A DNA stretch of 64,000 nucleotides, taken from contig CM097885.1 in NCBI GenBank assembly GCA_044892525.1, positions 33,792,001 through 33,856,000 of the forward strand, given 5' to 3'. This DNA is from Schmidtea polychroa. Lineage: Eukaryota. The position numbers were made by a program, and so were the translations under genes. The notes beneath the pieces are model-generated. The model had not been told where the DNA came from. It searched no databases and saw nothing but the letters and a program-made list of their open reading frames with translations. Positions within the stretch are counted from its first letter, which is position 1. The number at the start of each line of letters is the position of its first letter. This document shows positions 61,894 through 64,000 of the stretch, piece after piece.

Positions 61894-62919
61894 ATTTTCT
61901 CCGAAGTGCCAATCTTTTTTAATAAATTCATATTTTCTGAATTATAAAAGTCAATTAAAATAATAAACTAAAACTACATTATTTCACGTCTTTTGCAACA
62001 GCCACTTAACAATACAAGAGTTGTCAATGATTTGGTATGAAATTTTATTTTGTTGATGGATATTTTCTGAAATAATAACTACGTTAATAATAATAATAAT
62101 AACCAATTTTCGAATGTTTGAATAAGTATATGAATAAATGTCCAGATATTTATAACATTAATTAATTATTACTTTACAATTACTTTAAATCATAATCAAC
62201 AGAAAGACATAATTTTTTCGAATTTTTTCACTATTATCAAATTTCTTTTTATATCTTAAATTTTTAAATATTTAAAATTTATTTTTATTAAATTCAATTT
62301 AATGACAGTCATGATAATAGTTTTTAACTTTGGTAAATGATATGGTTTGAAACTAATATTAATATTAAGATAATATATACAATTTAATTACACAGGATTA
62401 CAAAAAAAATCTTTTGGTCTGGTGTCTAAAATGTTTTAAATGATTTCTAGCAATTTAAGAAAGCTGAATCCAAGTATGACACCCATTTTTCTGTATCAGA
62501 TCATGTTTTTTTGCTAACTTTTAAAGAAATTATTATGTAATGCTGTGCTTGATCTCTACTTTCACACAAACAGAGAAAACATGGGAATTTTGTAAACCCT
62601 GACTGTTGTCCCAACAAAAAGTTAACCATTTTCAAATCGACACAAATCTGGCCCCATACTGATCATAATGAAATTTCCCATGAACGTACTTTTCCGCCTC
62701 ATACTTCTCTTTCAGTGTTGTTGATTATGCAATGGGCACAGAGCCCAACTGGTTGCCATTATGCAATAGAACAAAAAAAAATCAAATTTTATTTTAATAA
62801 ATACGTGCATGCATGCACGCCATACTGCCGAAGAGGAAAACTTCTCACCCTTAAAGTTCTGTAGCTTTTATTCTTTCATCTTCTATTGCTGGAGTTAAAA
62901 ACTCCCGCAATTGTACGTG

Positions 62920-63245
62920 GATATCGGGTAGAAACAGGATCGAATATTGAGATATGAGTCTTTGGGCTTTGTGGAGGTCGGCCATTTGTGGAGAGGAAAG
63001 GATAGTAGAGGATAACATCTTGAATAGATGTAAATGTCTGAGCAGGAGGCTTTGATAATGAGGCTTTGAGCATTGTGGAGGTCGGCAATTTGCGGGGAGG
63101 ACAGGATCGTAGAGGATAACATCTTAGATAAATGTAAATGTCAGAGCAGAAGGCTTTGAGTATTGTGGAGGTCGGCCATTTGCAAGGACAGGATCGTAGA
63201 GGATATTATCTTAAATAAATGTAAATATCGGAGCAGGAAGGCTCC
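62920..63245. repeat. Diverged tandem repeat of about 90 bp (3+ units)
   Basis: gtggaggtcggc recurs at 62971, 63075 and 63164, each followed by ggat.gtagaggata..atctt..ata.atgtaaat. Confidence 0.85.
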
Positions 63246-63509
63246 CCTGTGCGGTTTATAGCGGTAATTGCTACTTATTATAGTATATATTAAAAGGAGT
63301 TGATGAAGGTTGGGATAGTAATAGTATTAATATTAATAATAGTATAATAGTTATAGTAATAATAATAGTAGTTATTGTAGTAATAGTATAGTAATAATGA
63401 TTATAATATGGATATGAACGACTAAAAAGACCACCAAATAGGCAGAGCCCCTACAAGGATTCCTACATTAACTCATTCGGTGATTGACATTTACAAGTAG
63501 TACATTATT

Positions 63510-63524
63510 AATAAATAATAATAG

Positions 63525-63569
<45 letters not shown>

Positions 63570-63598
63570 TAATAATAATAATAAATATAATAATAATA

Positions 63599-63646
<48 letters not shown>

Positions 63647-63770
63647 GTAATAACAATACTAATAATAATAAAAATAATAATAATAAATACATCAAAAATA
63701 ATAATAGTAACAATTATAATAACAATAGCAATAACAACAGTGATAATAACAGCGATAATAGTAATAATAA
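63510..63770. repeat. Imperfect (AAT/AAC)n microsatellite
   Basis: Direct reading. Confidence 0.9.
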
Positions 63771-64000
63771 GAGGTCATTAGGGTATTTACTTGTCTTTTA
63801 AGTAGGTTAAGTTAGAGAGTTTAGATTTTAAGTTTTAAGGTTTTTAGGATTTAAGTATTTTATTTGTTTTTAATTTTAGGTATAGATAATTTTTGGTATT
63901 AGATAATGGATTTTTCAAAATGAATATAGTCAATATATAAATGTGTAATAATAATATTTATTTACTGGATTAGTGTTATAGATAATAGCCTTAATACACA

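Overview
Very AT-rich, intron-containing animal genomic DNA read with the standard code. The (TA)n/(AAT)n microsatellites and repeat content suggest a planarian-type flatworm, but this is inference only. Two host genes lie on the + strand. The first is the last four coding exons of a TRPC-family cation channel (1478-17449). The second is five phase-compatible exons of a Caskin-like SH3 protein (38729-61105) that continues beyond the window. The rest is largely transposon-derived. A very young full-length Ty3/Gypsy LTR retrotransposon (19548-26190) is nested inside a hAT derivative. It has a CHCC gag, a G_GGA_AAC -1 frameshift site with a predicted pseudoknot, and a 1-nt deletion in RT. Also present are a diverged Gypsy 3' fragment, two solo-LTR-like elements, a Tigger/pogo deletion derivative, hAT and piggyBac-type MITEs, a Chapaev3/hAT composite, a foldback repeat family, an HSP90 pseudogene fragment and Penelope-like retroelement ends carrying minimal hammerhead ribozymes. 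The most notable signals are four hammerhead motifs with compensatory base changes (three lie sense within host introns), a perfect 202-bp inverted pLTR, candidate PP1-docking motifs (SILK + RVxF) in the Gypsy integrase tail, and foldback repeats whose two arms co-vary within each copy.
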